Virus record (IMG/VR): IMGVR_UViG_3300036971_000130 | Source of the DNA: a virus | Taxonomy: Duplodnaviria > Caudoviricetes | Direction: 5' to 3' (one strand) | DNA: 64,000 nt | Shown here: positions 1 through 8,564 of the stretch, piece after piece | How the letters are laid out: every line of letters starts with the position of its first letter | How positions within the stretch are numbered: the first letter of the stretch is position 1 | Notes under the pieces: generated by a model | Databases searched by the model: none | Seen by the model: only the letters and a program-made list of their open reading frames with translations | Told to the model about the DNA's origin: nothing | Program-made: the position numbers and the translations under genes

Positions 1-17
1 AACTGGCCTACCTTCTC

Positions 18-121
18 GGGGAGGTTGGATACTGGCAAATCCAGCCTTGGCACCCAAACCAACGGTCAGCATGTGACATCGAAGTCGCTGCATGGGGGTT
101 CGAGTCCCTCCCTCCCCGCCA
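18..121 (+). tRNA. atypical tRNA-like gene (class II-like, aberrant anticodon arm)
   Basis: 7-bp acceptor GGGGAGG/CCTCCCC, discriminator G plus CCA, D-arm GGAT/ATCC, T-arm GGGGG-TTCGAGT-CCCTC. Anticodon arm is extended with an 8-nt loop CACCCAAA lacking U33; variable arm is long. Confidence 0.7.
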
Positions 122-128
122 GACTCAC

Positions 129-158
129 GAAGACCCGGACCGATCGGTCCGGGTCTTC
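129..158. terminator. perfect 30-bp palindrome, probable terminator
   Basis: gaagacccggaccgatcggtccgggtcttc directly after the tRNA-like gene. Confidence 0.7.
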
Positions 159-168
159 TCGTTCCAGT

Positions 169-203
169 TGGACATCCGTTTGGGTCCCACCCATACTGAA
201 GGC
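169..203 (+). promoter_or_regulatory. sigma-A-like leaderless promoter
   Basis: TGGACA-N17-CATACT-N6-ATG(204). Confidence 0.7.
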
Positions 204-455
204 ATGTCCCGCACCCTCGCTCACGCACCCAAGCAGGTCCAGCGCCGTCGAGCCGATCGAACTGGTCAGATCACCGATCGGACCAAGCTCGTCGAACTCG
301 ATGATGCCACCACGCCTGCATGGAACAAGGCGGAGCGGAAGGTGCGCTACAGCGCATTCAAGTGCGGAGCTATCGACGCTCGGAGCCGCAACCGGACCCG
401 TCGCCAGAAGGACCGTCAGGACCACATCAACGGCAATCTCGGAGAATGGGCTTGA
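204..455 (+). CDS. small basic hypothetical protein
   Basis: ORF 168..455; ATG 204 fits leaderless promoter geometry. Confidence 0.6.
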   Translation: MSRTLAHAPKQVQRRRADRTGQITDRTKLVELDDATTPAWNKAERKVRYSAFKCGAIDARSRNRTRRQKDRQDHINGNLGEWA

Positions 456-668
456 CACCAGTTGTCAGACCTGTAGGATGGCCGACATGAACACCGCAGC
501 CCGCACCCTATCGAAGACTGGACGCCTGACCGGCGTTCGACTTCTGTGCGTCCTGCCGGGCCGCTTGTATCGCTGATCTCTGACGCTCTCGTCGGGATTC
601 GACGATAGAGCGAACGGGCAGGACGACAGTCCACGTTGGACCGAGCAGAAGCTCGTCGACCAACTCAT

Positions 669-744
669 GTCTGCGTAGCCCAATGGCAGAGGCAACGGTC
701 TGAGGGGCCGTTCAGTGGAGGTTCGAGTCCTCTCGCAGACACCA
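669..744 (+). tRNA. tRNA-Leu(GAG), short variable loop
   Basis: cloverleaf, ACGGT-CT GAG GG-GCCGT, A73, CCA. Confidence 0.9.
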
Positions 745-745
745 A

Positions 746-821
746 GCTCACGTAGCCCAACGGCAGAGGCAGCAGGTTCAGGACTTGTTCAGTGGAGGTT
801 CGAATCCTCTCGTGAGCACCA
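746..821 (+). tRNA. tRNA-Leu(CAG), short variable loop
   Basis: GCAGG-TT CAG GA-CTTGT, CCA. Confidence 0.9.
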
Positions 822-854
822 CACATAGGCCGAGGAAACCCGGTCGTAGATCAA

Positions 855-939
855 GCTGATGTATCCAAGAGGCGAAGGGCGCTGGCTGTAAACCAGTTAC
901 GAAGACACACCGGGGGTTCGACTCCCTCCATCAGCACCA
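855..939 (+). tRNA. tRNA-Tyr(GTA)
   Basis: GCTGG-CT GTA AA-CCAGT, long variable arm, CCA. Confidence 0.9.
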
Positions 940-973
940 ACACATAGACCGAGAACACCCGGTCGCAGATCAT

Positions 974-1059
974 GCTTCGGTAACCAAGCGGACGAAGGTA
1001 GCTGGCTGTAAACCAGTGACGTAGACACATCGCAGGTTCGAATCATGCCCGGAGCACCA
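974..1059 (+). tRNA. tRNA-Tyr(GTA), one T-stem mismatch
   Basis: same anticodon arm as 855-939; T-stem GCAGG/CATGC. Confidence 0.85.
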
Positions 1060-1060
1060 A

Positions 1061-1138
1061 GCCTGTGTAGCCCAATCGGCAGAGGCACCGGATTCAAACC
1101 CCGGAAAGGTGTGGGTTCAAGTCCCACTACAGGCACCA
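1061..1138 (+). tRNA. tRNA-Leu(CAA)
   Basis: CCGGA-TT CAA AC-CCCGG, CCA. Confidence 0.85.
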
Positions 1139-1149
1139 CATCACATCTA

Positions 1150-1226
1150 GCTCACGTAGCCCAATCGGCAGAGGCGACGGTCTGAGAGGCCGTTCAGTGG
1201 AGGTTCGAGTCCTCTCGTGAGCACCA
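1150..1226 (+). tRNA. tRNA-Leu(GAG), second copy
   Basis: ACGGT-CT GAG AG-GCCGT, CCA. Confidence 0.9.
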
Positions 1227-1227
1227 A

Positions 1228-1300
1228 GCCTGCGTAGCCCAATGGCAGAGGCACCGGTTTTAGGTACCGGCCAGTGAGGGTTCGACCCCCTCCGCAGGTA
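1228..1300 (+). tRNA. tRNA-Leu(TAG), no encoded CCA
   Basis: CCGGT-TT TAG GT-ACCGG; acceptor GCCTGCG/CGCAGGT. Confidence 0.85.
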
Positions 1301-1320
1301 CTCCGACCCATGATGGGACA

Positions 1321-1851
1321 ATGGACATCGAACGCCGCCCGAGGGCGACAACCATCATCAAGAACTTCACCCTGCCGCCGCTGGCGATCGCCGTCATCGT
1401 GGTCGGCCTGTTCGGGTTCCTGTCCGGGTCGTTCTCGTCGGAGCGGCTCAAAGCAGTGAGCTACGGCAAGAACAACAACATCGTGGTCGAGTCGACGAAG
1501 GGCGACACGATGACCTTCACGTCCAACGGCGTTCGATGTGCTGCGAAGTTCAGCACCACGAGCGGGAGCTACGTCTTCCGTGACTCGAAGTGCGAGGATG
1601 GTTCGACGCCGAGCCTGAAGCCGTCCAAGGTCGAGTACGTGTTCAACTTCGCCTCGTTGGTCTTCGGTGGGGTGGTTGCGCTCATCGGGGTGGTGCTTCT
1701 GGCGCTGACCCTACCGAGCCCACTTCGTGAGACGGGGGCGATCATCGCTCTGCTCATCGTCTTCATCCTCATAACGATCGTTGCGGAGATCGGTGTCGGC
1801 ACGTCCATCAGGTACTACGAGAGCGGCGACATCATCACCACGAACGAGTGA
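1321..1851 (+). CDS. membrane protein (about 3 TM)
   Basis: hydrophobic stretches; preceded by CC-CATGAT-N6-ATG. Confidence 0.75.
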   Translation: MDIERRPRATTIIKNFTLPPLAIAVIVVGLFGFLSGSFSSERLKAVSYGKNNNIVVESTKGDTMTFTSNGVRCAAKFSTTSGSYVFRDSKCEDGSTPSLKPSKVEYVFNFASLVFGGVVALIGVVLLALTLPSPLRETGAIIALLIVFILITIVAEIGVGTSIRYYESGDIITTNE

Positions 1852-2199
1852 TCAGTCGGTGACGGCTTCTCGGAACACCCCGACGATGGCGACGAACAGC
1901 TTGTCCTTCAACTTCTGGTCCTCGGGAAGCTCGTCGTAGGGGACCAGGGACGGATGCGTTCTCGCTTCCTCGTCCTTGGTCGGTCCGTAGACCCACCCGT
2001 CAGCGATCCTCTGGTCCATCCAGAGTTCGTGGGAAGCCTCCGGGTCGAGTGGGCCTTGGACGCCAGCCATCGTGAGCAGGCGGTCTTCTTCGCCCGTCTC
2101 GTCCCATCCAGCGGACACACCGATTGTCTCGTCCTTCTGGGACATCTGGATCGCACGGTTGGCTTCGTGAAGGACTCTGGCTGCCTGGTCGATGTCCAT
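1852..2199 (-). CDS. RyR-domain protein (phage/plasmid type)
   Basis: HELWMDQRIADGWVYG..THPSLVPYDELPEDQK matches the RyR repeat motif. Confidence 0.85.
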   Translation of the reverse strand: MDIDQAARVLHEANRAIQMSQKDETIGVSAGWDETGEEDRLLTMAGVQGPLDPEASHELWMDQRIADGWVYGPTKDEEARTHPSLVPYDELPEDQKLKDKLFVAIVGVFREAVTD

Positions 2200-2281
2200 G
2201 AACGGAACCGTACCATCCTGGTTGGTCCAACCGTTGACAACGGGTGTAACATGAGTGCGACCACGTCAAAGGAATGACCAG

Positions 2282-3559
2282 ATGAAGATTCTCAACCGGG
2301 GCTTCGGCGCTGCCGCCATCACCGCCGCTGTTCTTCTCGGAACCGCCTGCCCGAGTTCTGCGGTCGATGCCGTACCGAAGGACCAGTGGCAGAAGAAGGA
2401 GACGCTGATCTCCGCCAACCTCTACAGCAAGCGCAACACCAACTTCGAGGCCGACCCGGTCGTGGCGATCTACGCCCGTCAGGAGGCGAAGCTGTGGGCC
2501 ACCACGCTCGCCAACAACACCCCGAAGGTGGAGCAGTCCAGGATCAACACCTGGCGCTCGGGCCTCGGGGCCAGCAACATCAAGATGAACGTCGTCAAGA
2601 TCGCCGCTGACCAGTCGCCGGCCGCTGTCCACGCAGCGAAGGCTTCTGCCGCCGGAACCTTCCGTGACAACGCCATGTGGTCCTCCGGTCGCCGGTTCGG
2701 CATCGGCGTCTACCCCCACAAGAACGGCGGCTGGATTCTCGTCGAACTGTTCGTGGACGGTGGACCGACCTCGTCGAACCGGAGGATCAGTCAGTTCCGC
2801 ACCGCTGATGGGTTCCTCGCCCAGAACTACACCGACTTCTACGTCAAGGACGGCAACTGGACGATGGGCCGGGCACAGCCTGGCGTGAAGAACTCCGATG
2901 GACGTGACTGGGGCAACATCACCGGATCCATCTCCGGCAACACCGGGCGTGGCTCGAACGACGGTGCTCCCTACGCCCTCTGGGCCGACATCATCCTCGC
3001 TGGTCAGTCCGCTGGTGCCCAGTCGGTCGTGACGAAGTGCGCCGTGGGCAACACGAAGGCGATCCTCGCCACCACCGGTACCGCACCGAACAAGGCTGCG
3101 TACAACGACATGGTGAACTCCTGCCGTTCGGTGGCCCAGACCGTCCAGAACTACTCGGGCACCAACGCCTACAAGACGAAGTACCCGGCCTCGATGACGA
3201 ACGCCCAGTTCGTCATCGCCGTCTACAAGACCGTGAATCAGAACCAGACGCCGTCGACCGCATGGGTCAACGCTTCGGTCGCCAAGCTGAACGCTGGCAA
3301 GACCCGTCAGGCGTTCATCTCCGAGTTCGTGGTCTCCGCTGACGCCAAGAACGGCGGTCAGGCTCTCGTCTCGATCCTGACCGCCACGATGCTCGATCGT
3401 CCGGCCACCGCCGCCGAGCGGTCCAACGTCGACGTTCGGTCCTTTGACAACAACGGCAAGTGGAACCTCGCAAGCTGGGGCTTCGCCAAGCCGGTTCTGA
3501 ACAAGGTGCTCACCTCGAACGAGTACGCCACTCGGGCGAGCAACCTCGGCCTCCGGTAA
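2282..3559 (+). CDS. secreted protein, possible CAP/SCP-like N-domain and DUF4214-like C-domain
   Basis: signal peptide; RRFGIGVY..WILVELF; TNAQFVIAVY..W..KLNAGKTR..F. Confidence 0.65.
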   Translation: MKILNRGFGAAAITAAVLLGTACPSSAVDAVPKDQWQKKETLISANLYSKRNTNFEADPVVAIYARQEAKLWATTLANNTPKVEQSRINTWRSGLGASNIKMNVVKIAADQSPAAVHAAKASAAGTFRDNAMWSSGRRFGIGVYPHKNGGWILVELFVDGGPTSSNRRISQFRTADGFLAQNYTDFYVKDGNWTMGRAQPGVKNSDGRDWGNITGSISGNTGRGSNDGAPYALWADIILAGQSAGAQSVVTKCAVGNTKAILATTGTAPNKAAYNDMVNSCRSVAQTVQNYSGTNAYKTKYPASMTNAQFVIAVYKTVNQNQTPSTAWVNASVAKLNAGKTRQAFISEFVVSADAKNGGQALVSILTATMLDRPATAAERSNVDVRSFDNNGKWNLASWGFAKPVLNKVLTSNEYATRASNLGLR

Positions 3560-4343
3560 CCAGATCGACCTCTCCCGGTAAAGGGCCGGGAGAGGTCGAG
3601 GTCAACCGTCGACGCATGACCTCGATGGCTTCCGGGTTCGAGTCGATGAGCGTGAATGGCAGACCCCGCTTCTTCGCTGCGACCCCGGCCGTTCCCGAAC
3701 CGGCACAGAAGTCGAGCACCTCGCCGTCTGAAGCTGAAGCGGAAAGCGCCCTGTCGACAAGCTCCACCGGCTTCTGCGTCGGGTAGCCGGTCCTCTCGCT
3801 GCTCCTGGTCGGCACAATCGTCTGCCACCACACGTCGGTCGGAAGCTTCCCGGCTGCCAAGCGTTCCTCGGACTGCCAGCCCGGCGACATGTACGGGATG
3901 CGATCAACCGCCCCCTGGTCGAAGTGGTGGTCGCCCATCGACCTCGTGTACACGAGGATGCTGTCGTGCTTCCGAGGCCACGATGACCTGCCTCGACCGC
4001 CGAAGTCGTAGGCCCATATGATCTTGTTCAGGAAGTTCTCCCGACCGAAGACCTCGTCGAGCCAGACCTTGCAGTAATGCGACTCACGCTGGTCGATGTG
4101 GAAGTAGAGCGTGCCGTCGTTGCGAAGAAGACGCCGAGCTTCGATCATCAGCGGAACGATGAAGGACCGGAAGTCTCCGAAGCTGTCCTCGTAGGACGCC
4201 CCAGACGCCCCTGTCTGCCTCTGTCCGGTGTGGAACGGAGGATCGACGTAGATCACCTGGTAACGGCCGTCAGCAAGCTCAGGAAGCACCTGAGCGGCAT
4301 CACCGAGGATGATCTGGTCAGCCGCCCTTGTTCGGTCGGCCAC
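3510..4343 (-). CDS. site-specific DNA methyltransferase (N4/N6, beta class), orphan
   Basis: YVDPPF catalytic motif, YPTQKP, DFCAGSG SAM-binding motif; no REase nearby. Confidence 0.9.
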   Translation of the reverse strand: MADRTRAADQIILGDAAQVLPELADGRYQVIYVDPPFHTGQRQTGASGASYEDSFGDFRSFIVPLMIEARRLLRNDGTLYFHIDQRESHYCKVWLDEVFGRENFLNKIIWAYDFGGRGRSSWPRKHDSILVYTRSMGDHHFDQGAVDRIPYMSPGWQSEERLAAGKLPTDVWWQTIVPTRSSERTGYPTQKPVELVDRALSASASDGEVLDFCAGSGTAGVAAKKRGLPFTLIDSNPEAIEVMRRRLTSTSPGPLPGEVDLVTGGRGCSPEWRTRSR

Positions 4344-4482
4344 TGTTGCGCTTGTGGGTCTTGGACTGGCGCTTCCGCTTCGTCTGAGGGTGAAGCGTCT
4401 GCCCTACCCATTCCTCCGGGATCTCGACGAGCTTGCTTCGCCGCATCCGGTAGAACTTGCCGTCCTTCTCGATCCGCTTCAT
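4318..4482 (-). CDS. small basic hypothetical protein
   Basis: MKRIEKDGKFY...; ATGA coupling with upstream gene. Confidence 0.6.
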   Translation of the reverse strand: MKRIEKDGKFYRMRRSKLVEIPEEWVGQTLHPQTKRKRQSKTHKRNSGRPNKGG

Positions 4483-4763
4483 CCGTACTCCTTGATCCTC
4501 TCGATGTCGTTCAGCAGAGCGTCCCCTTCCGGACCGATGAAGGTCACCGTGCGGATCTTCCGGACCATCAGGCACCCGCCGGAGAGCTTCACCGGCTCCG
4601 AGGTCGGCAGGAACCGGTAGAGGACCATGTGGATGCGGAGGCCCTCGTAGTAGCACGACGCCGAGAACCCCCGGCTGTCCCCTCGGTCCAGTCCGAACTC
4701 GTAGACCGAGTCGAAGATGGACCGGCGAGTCCTCATGTTCAGCTTGATCATTACGACCTTCAT
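4479..4763 (-). CDS. hypothetical protein
   Basis: stop/start-coupled member of the operon. Confidence 0.65.
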   Translation of the reverse strand: MKVVMIKLNMRTRRSIFDSVYEFGLDRGDSRGFSASCYYEGLRIHMVLYRFLPTSEPVKLSGGCLMVRKIRTVTFIGPEGDALLNDIERIKEYG

Positions 4764-4969
4764 GCCGCCTCCTGAATCGACCTCATCAGAGGATACGGGT
4801 CAGGGCCATCCTCGTCCACACGGAGCTTTCGGCCCGTCAGGACCAGCGTCTCACCTCCGGAGAGTCGGAGCCGATCTCCCTCAGCAGTCGTAGGAGGATG
4901 CCTCAGACCGCCGTAGCACGCCGAGTAGACCGAGAAGAAGTTCTTGCCGGTGATCTTGACCGACTTCAT
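4760..4969 (-). CDS. hypothetical protein
   Basis: MKSVK start coupled to the AlkB stop. Confidence 0.6.
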   Translation of the reverse strand: MKSVKITGKNFFSVYSACYGGLRHPPTTAEGDRLRLSGGETLVLTGRKLRVDEDGPDPYPLMRSIQEAA

Positions 4970-5556
4970 CAGACCGCCCGGTAACCACGGTAGGTGAGGC
5001 TGATCCGGGGACCGCACTTGAACGACGCCTTCGGGATGCGGTGGTAGTGCGTCTGCTGCATGCCGGGGAGCATGAACATGGCGGAGCCCGACCCGAGGCG
5101 GAAGCTCTCGATCAGCGGGCTGCCGATCCTCAGCATCCCGTCACGGTTGGCTTCGATCGAGGACACGAGGATGTCCCGCTCGGCACCGAAGGACACGGTG
5201 ACGACGGAACGCTCCGGGTCCATCTCGGGCGAATCGTCAGCGTGCCACCCGAGGGCGTTGCGCTCGTTCTCGTAGAGGTTGGCGAAGCAGACCTCGTATT
5301 CCTCACCTCGGACGCCAGAGAGCATGTCCCCGATCAAGGTGACGAGCGGGTGCGGGTCCTGCTGCTCGTAGGTGCGTGCTCGTTCGCCGGTGCCGTAGGT
5401 GTACGGGACCGGGACCTTGTTCGTGTACCACTCCCGACGAGCAGGGGTGACGCTCACCCACGGAAGCTCGTGGTACAGCGTCTCGAACGCCTGCTCGGCG
5501 TTCGGGTAGAAGTCGGGGACGTAGAGGACTGGGGCGGGTGGGTATTCGGTGCTCAT
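4969..5556 (-). CDS. AlkB-family 2OG-Fe(II) dioxygenase
   Basis: GWHADD (HxD), QTHYHRIPK, RISLTYR. Confidence 0.9.
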   Translation of the reverse strand: MSTEYPPAPVLYVPDFYPNAEQAFETLYHELPWVSVTPARREWYTNKVPVPYTYGTGERARTYEQQDPHPLVTLIGDMLSGVRGEEYEVCFANLYENERNALGWHADDSPEMDPERSVVTVSFGAERDILVSSIEANRDGMLRIGSPLIESFRLGSGSAMFMLPGMQQTHYHRIPKASFKCGPRISLTYRGYRAV

Positions 5557-5885
5557 GGGTTCTGGTTCTGGTTCTGGTTCAGGATTCGGTCGATGTCAGC
5601 CTGCAAGGCTTCTTCCCGATCGCTGCGACCCTGGGTCATGCGGGTGATGCGGATGGTGTGCTTCTCGAAGAAGGTGTCACGGGAGTGGATGCGGAGCTTC
5701 CACATGAACGCAGCGTCGAGGTAGAAGGACGGGTCGATGTTGCCTTCGCAACGCTCGCTGTCTCGAAGCCAGTCCATGAAGATGTCGAAGGTCTGCTCGT
5801 TCATCTCGAAGGTGGTTCTGATCAACTCGGTGAACTCGGCGTTCTCCGAGGCGAGGGGCTTCTGCGTCTTGCGGTTGCGGAACAT
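5553..5885 (-). CDS. hypothetical protein
   Basis: MFRNRK start at a TGATG overlap. Confidence 0.6.
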   Translation of the reverse strand: MFRNRKTQKPLASENAEFTELIRTTFEMNEQTFDIFMDWLRDSERCEGNIDPSFYLDAAFMWKLRIHSRDTFFEKHTIRITRMTQGRSDREEALQADIDRILNQNQNQNP

Positions 5886-6071
5886 CAGTTGACCTCGTGG
5901 TTGTTCAGGGCGGCGACGATGAAGTCGGCCCTGGCTTCCTTGGCGATCACGACGGGGTCCGTCAGATCGAGCGGTCCACGGTGGCGGTGGACGATGACGG
6001 CGAACTCGTCGTCGTCCTGGAGATCGTGATGATGGACTTGTTCGGGAGGGCAACTTCTCGATGTGCTTCAC
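5885..6071 (-). pseudogene. small gene with an apparent +1 frameshift near 6048-6051
   Basis: GTG start overlaps upstream TGA. The shifted frame (PPEQVHHHDLQDDDEF...HEVN*) ends in TGATG coupling with the next gene. Confidence 0.55.
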
Positions 6072-6310
6072 GAGAAGACCCCGGTCGGGATCGGCCACTT
6101 CAGGTTCCACCGGTCCGTGAAGGTCTTGGCCTGGTGATCGAACTTCCCGAAGTAGTCGGAGCCCGAGTAGACCATGTCCTTCTCGCCGGGAGCGCCGACG
6201 GCCGACGGGGTCTTCAGGAGGTACACGTACCCGTGGGGGTTCGGGCGGTTGCCGACGCTGCGGTCGACGTTGCCGAGGAACTCGTTGAGGGCTGCCTGGT
6301 CGATCTTCAT
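6068..6310 (-). CDS. hypothetical protein
   Basis: TGGACA-N17-CATGAT-N6-ATG(6310). Confidence 0.7.
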   Translation of the reverse strand: MKIDQAALNEFLGNVDRSVGNRPNPHGYVYLLKTPSAVGAPGEKDMVYSGSDYFGKFDHQAKTFTDRWNLKWPIPTGVFS

Positions 6311-6317
6311 GGCACCA

Positions 6318-6704
6318 TCATGGGTCGGTTCTCGTGGGCTGTCCAATCCTTCGTCCGAGATGCGACACGAAGGGACGGAGCGTGTCAGGACTCTGCTTCC
6401 GACCGATGAACCCGAACGACTGGACCGGTTCCCCGTCGAAGGAGATGGTTCCTCCGGTCTGGGAAGCCCACTTCACCTTGTCGAGCAACCTGACGACCTT
6501 CGACCACGCCTTCGTCCGGTAGAGCGATGCAGGTGTGCCATCGAAGGACAAGGAGAGCGTCCTCATCCGCCGGTCCATCGAGACCTCGAACCTGTCGGAC
6601 TTCCACCAGGAAGCCCCGACGTAGGGGGTCATCTCACGATCGAAGACCTTGTTGAGTTCGATCCGAAGTCTCGGAGCGTCGCTGTCGGGAACGACGAGCA
6701 TCAT
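6318..6704 (-). CDS. hypothetical protein, possibly 5'-truncated
   Basis: protein-like ORF abutting the RtcB truncation point. Confidence 0.45.
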   Translation of the reverse strand: MMLVVPDSDAPRLRIELNKVFDREMTPYVGASWWKSDRFEVSMDRRMRTLSLSFDGTPASLYRTKAWSKVVRLLDKVKWASQTGGTISFDGEPVQSFGFIGRKQSPDTLRPFVSHLGRRIGQPTRTDP

Positions 6705-7404
6705 CGACGAGGACGATCGTGTCTGGTTGGTCCTGCACTCGGGTTCCCGTGGGCCGGGCAACCAGTTGGCTTCCGGCCACATCGCCAACGCCAAGCTCAT
6801 CGAGCGGCTCTACGCCGACGGCACCGAGGTCGACCCCGACCTCCGCTGGTTCGTGGAGAGCACGCCGGAGTTCGCTCACTACGTGGCCGACCTCCGTTGG
6901 GCTCAGGCGTTCGCCTGGGAGAACCGGGAGATCATGCTGGACAACGCTCTGGCATCGCTGTTCCGCTTCATCGGTCACGGTGAGGCTGACGAGCGGGTCT
7001 CCTGCCACCACAACTACGCCGAGTGCGAGAACCACGGTGGCCGTGACATGTGGATCACCCGCAAGGGTGCGATCCGTGTCGCAGAGGGCCAGCTTGGCAT
7101 CATCCCCGGCTCGATGGGCACGGAGACCTTCATCGTGCGTGGCCTCGGCAACCCCGAGTCCTACGAGTCGGCGTCGCATGGCGCTGGCCGTGTGCTCTCC
7201 CGCAACCAGGCTCGCAAGATCCTGACGGTGGAGTCGCTGCACGAGGCGATGGCGGGTCGTACGTGGCTCGACGGCAAGGCCGAGAAGCTGCTCGATGAGC
7301 ACCCGAAGGCGTACAAGGACATCCGGAAGGTCATCGCCCGCCAGGCGGACCTGGTGACCCCGGTCCACACGCTGAAGGCGGTGCTGAACTACAAGGGCGC
7401 TTGA
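6705..7404 (+). pseudogene. rtcB: RtcB RNA ligase, C-terminal part only
   Basis: HSGSRG, CHHNY, RKGA, IIPGSMG, SHGAGR, AYKDI, NYKG present. N-terminal PD/DIGCG/GNHF motifs absent. Confidence 0.85.
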
Positions 7405-7439
7405 TGTTGGGATGGGGTCTCCACTCAGGAGGCCCCATC

Positions 7440-7859
7440 TTGACCACCCCAAGACCCGTGTGTTCATGGCTGTCGCTGTTGCAGCGATCGCCGTTCTCGT
7501 GTCGGCGTGTTCGCCGTCCGGCGACTCGATCGAGAACGCCACCCTCGACCGTGTGATCTCTTGACGGAACCTCCCGGCGAGGTCGAACTGGGAGTACACC
7601 CAGACGAAGAACACCGTCTCGAACGGAGTCGGAACCCTGCTCCGGCAGTGCAAGCTGAAGTCCGATCCGTCCGAGACCATCTTCCTCGCCACCTTCTACG
7701 AGGGGCCGGGCAAGAGGACGCAGTCCCAGGCCGGATGGCACAACGACCCCGAGGGCTACGGCATCATCTTTGACTGGTCTCGTTCGGACGCTTCCGGCGA
7801 GCCAGGTCTACACGATGATCCCGAGAGGCGACTACCAGGGTTGCTCCTTCACCAGCTAG
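7440..7859 (+). pseudogene. decayed lipoprotein gene
   Basis: KTRVFMAVAVAAIAVLVSAC lipobox, in-frame TGA at 7562-7564, frameshifts near both ends. Confidence 0.6.
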
Positions 7860-8230
7860 AAGTCCCTCGGGGCGCAGCGGTAGAGCGACGTGCCCTTGTA
7901 GATGCAGTACGACTCGGTGTTCGTGTTGGCCTTCGGGGCGACGTACACCTCGTTGCCTCTGGTCGGGTTGTAGCCTGACGAGAAGAACCTGCGTCCCCAT
8001 GACGTGTCGCAGTACCCCTGGTACTCGATCTTGTAGTCCGTCGGCCGTGCTGCGGTCCGTCGGTTGCCGGTGACCTTGCAGTTCTTCGGTGTCCCGCCGT
8101 AGAAGAAGTCGATGGTGCGCTTCTCCAAGCCGAAGTTGTTGGGTGGCGTCGTCTTCTCGTACTTGGGTTCGCAGGCTGCGAGACCGGCGACGACGAGCAG
8201 GGCCATGAGCGGAACGATGAGCTTCTTCAT
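7856..8230 (-). CDS. lipoprotein
   Basis: MKKLIVPLMALLVVAGLAAC lipobox. Confidence 0.8.
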   Translation of the reverse strand: MKKLIVPLMALLVVAGLAACEPKYEKTTPPNNFGLEKRTIDFFYGGTPKNCKVTGNRRTAARPTDYKIEYQGYCDTSWGRRFFSSGYNPTRGNEVYVAPKANTNTESYCIYKGTSLYRCAPRDF

Positions 8231-8241
8231 GGCGTTCGAGC

Positions 8242-8508
8242 CTACCATTCGGTGAAGTTGGAGGCCCATCGTGCGAGGTTCATGGTGTCGGCATCTTCTC
8301 CGAGCAGGGATGCGGCTTCGTTGAGCGACATCGCTTCGGTGTTCTTGACGGCGTTGTACGGGCAGCGGATCATCGCTGTGAGGAACATCATCTCGTGCCT
8401 GGTGAGACGATCGACGTTGAGGGCCGACCCGGTCATCCGCCGGTCGAAGATGATCGAACCGAGCTTGTCGTAGTCGATGGTGAACAGGACGTTCTTGTGC
8501 TCCGCCAT
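8242..8508 (-). CDS. hypothetical protein
   Basis: ORF with typical codon usage. Confidence 0.6.
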   Translation of the reverse strand: MAEHKNVLFTIDYDKLGSIIFDRRMTGSALNVDRLTRHEMMFLTAMIRCPYNAVKNTEAMSLNEAASLLGEDADTMNLARWASNFTEW

Positions 8509-8564
8509 GCACGTTCTATCGGCACCTGAACCACTCTATGTGAGGTTTTCTCGCAGAAAGTGGT

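Noticed and set aside
18-121. tRNA-Sec or tmRNA
   Set aside because: No UCA anticodon and only a 7-bp acceptor; no G3-U70 pair or tag reading frame.
3510-4343. Complete restriction-modification system
   Set aside because: No adjacent endonuclease; the HNH gene is 16 kb away in a separate unit.
7562-7564. TGA recoding (Sec/Trp) or an alternative genetic code
   Set aside because: The same gene has frameshifts, and TGA is the normal stop throughout the window.
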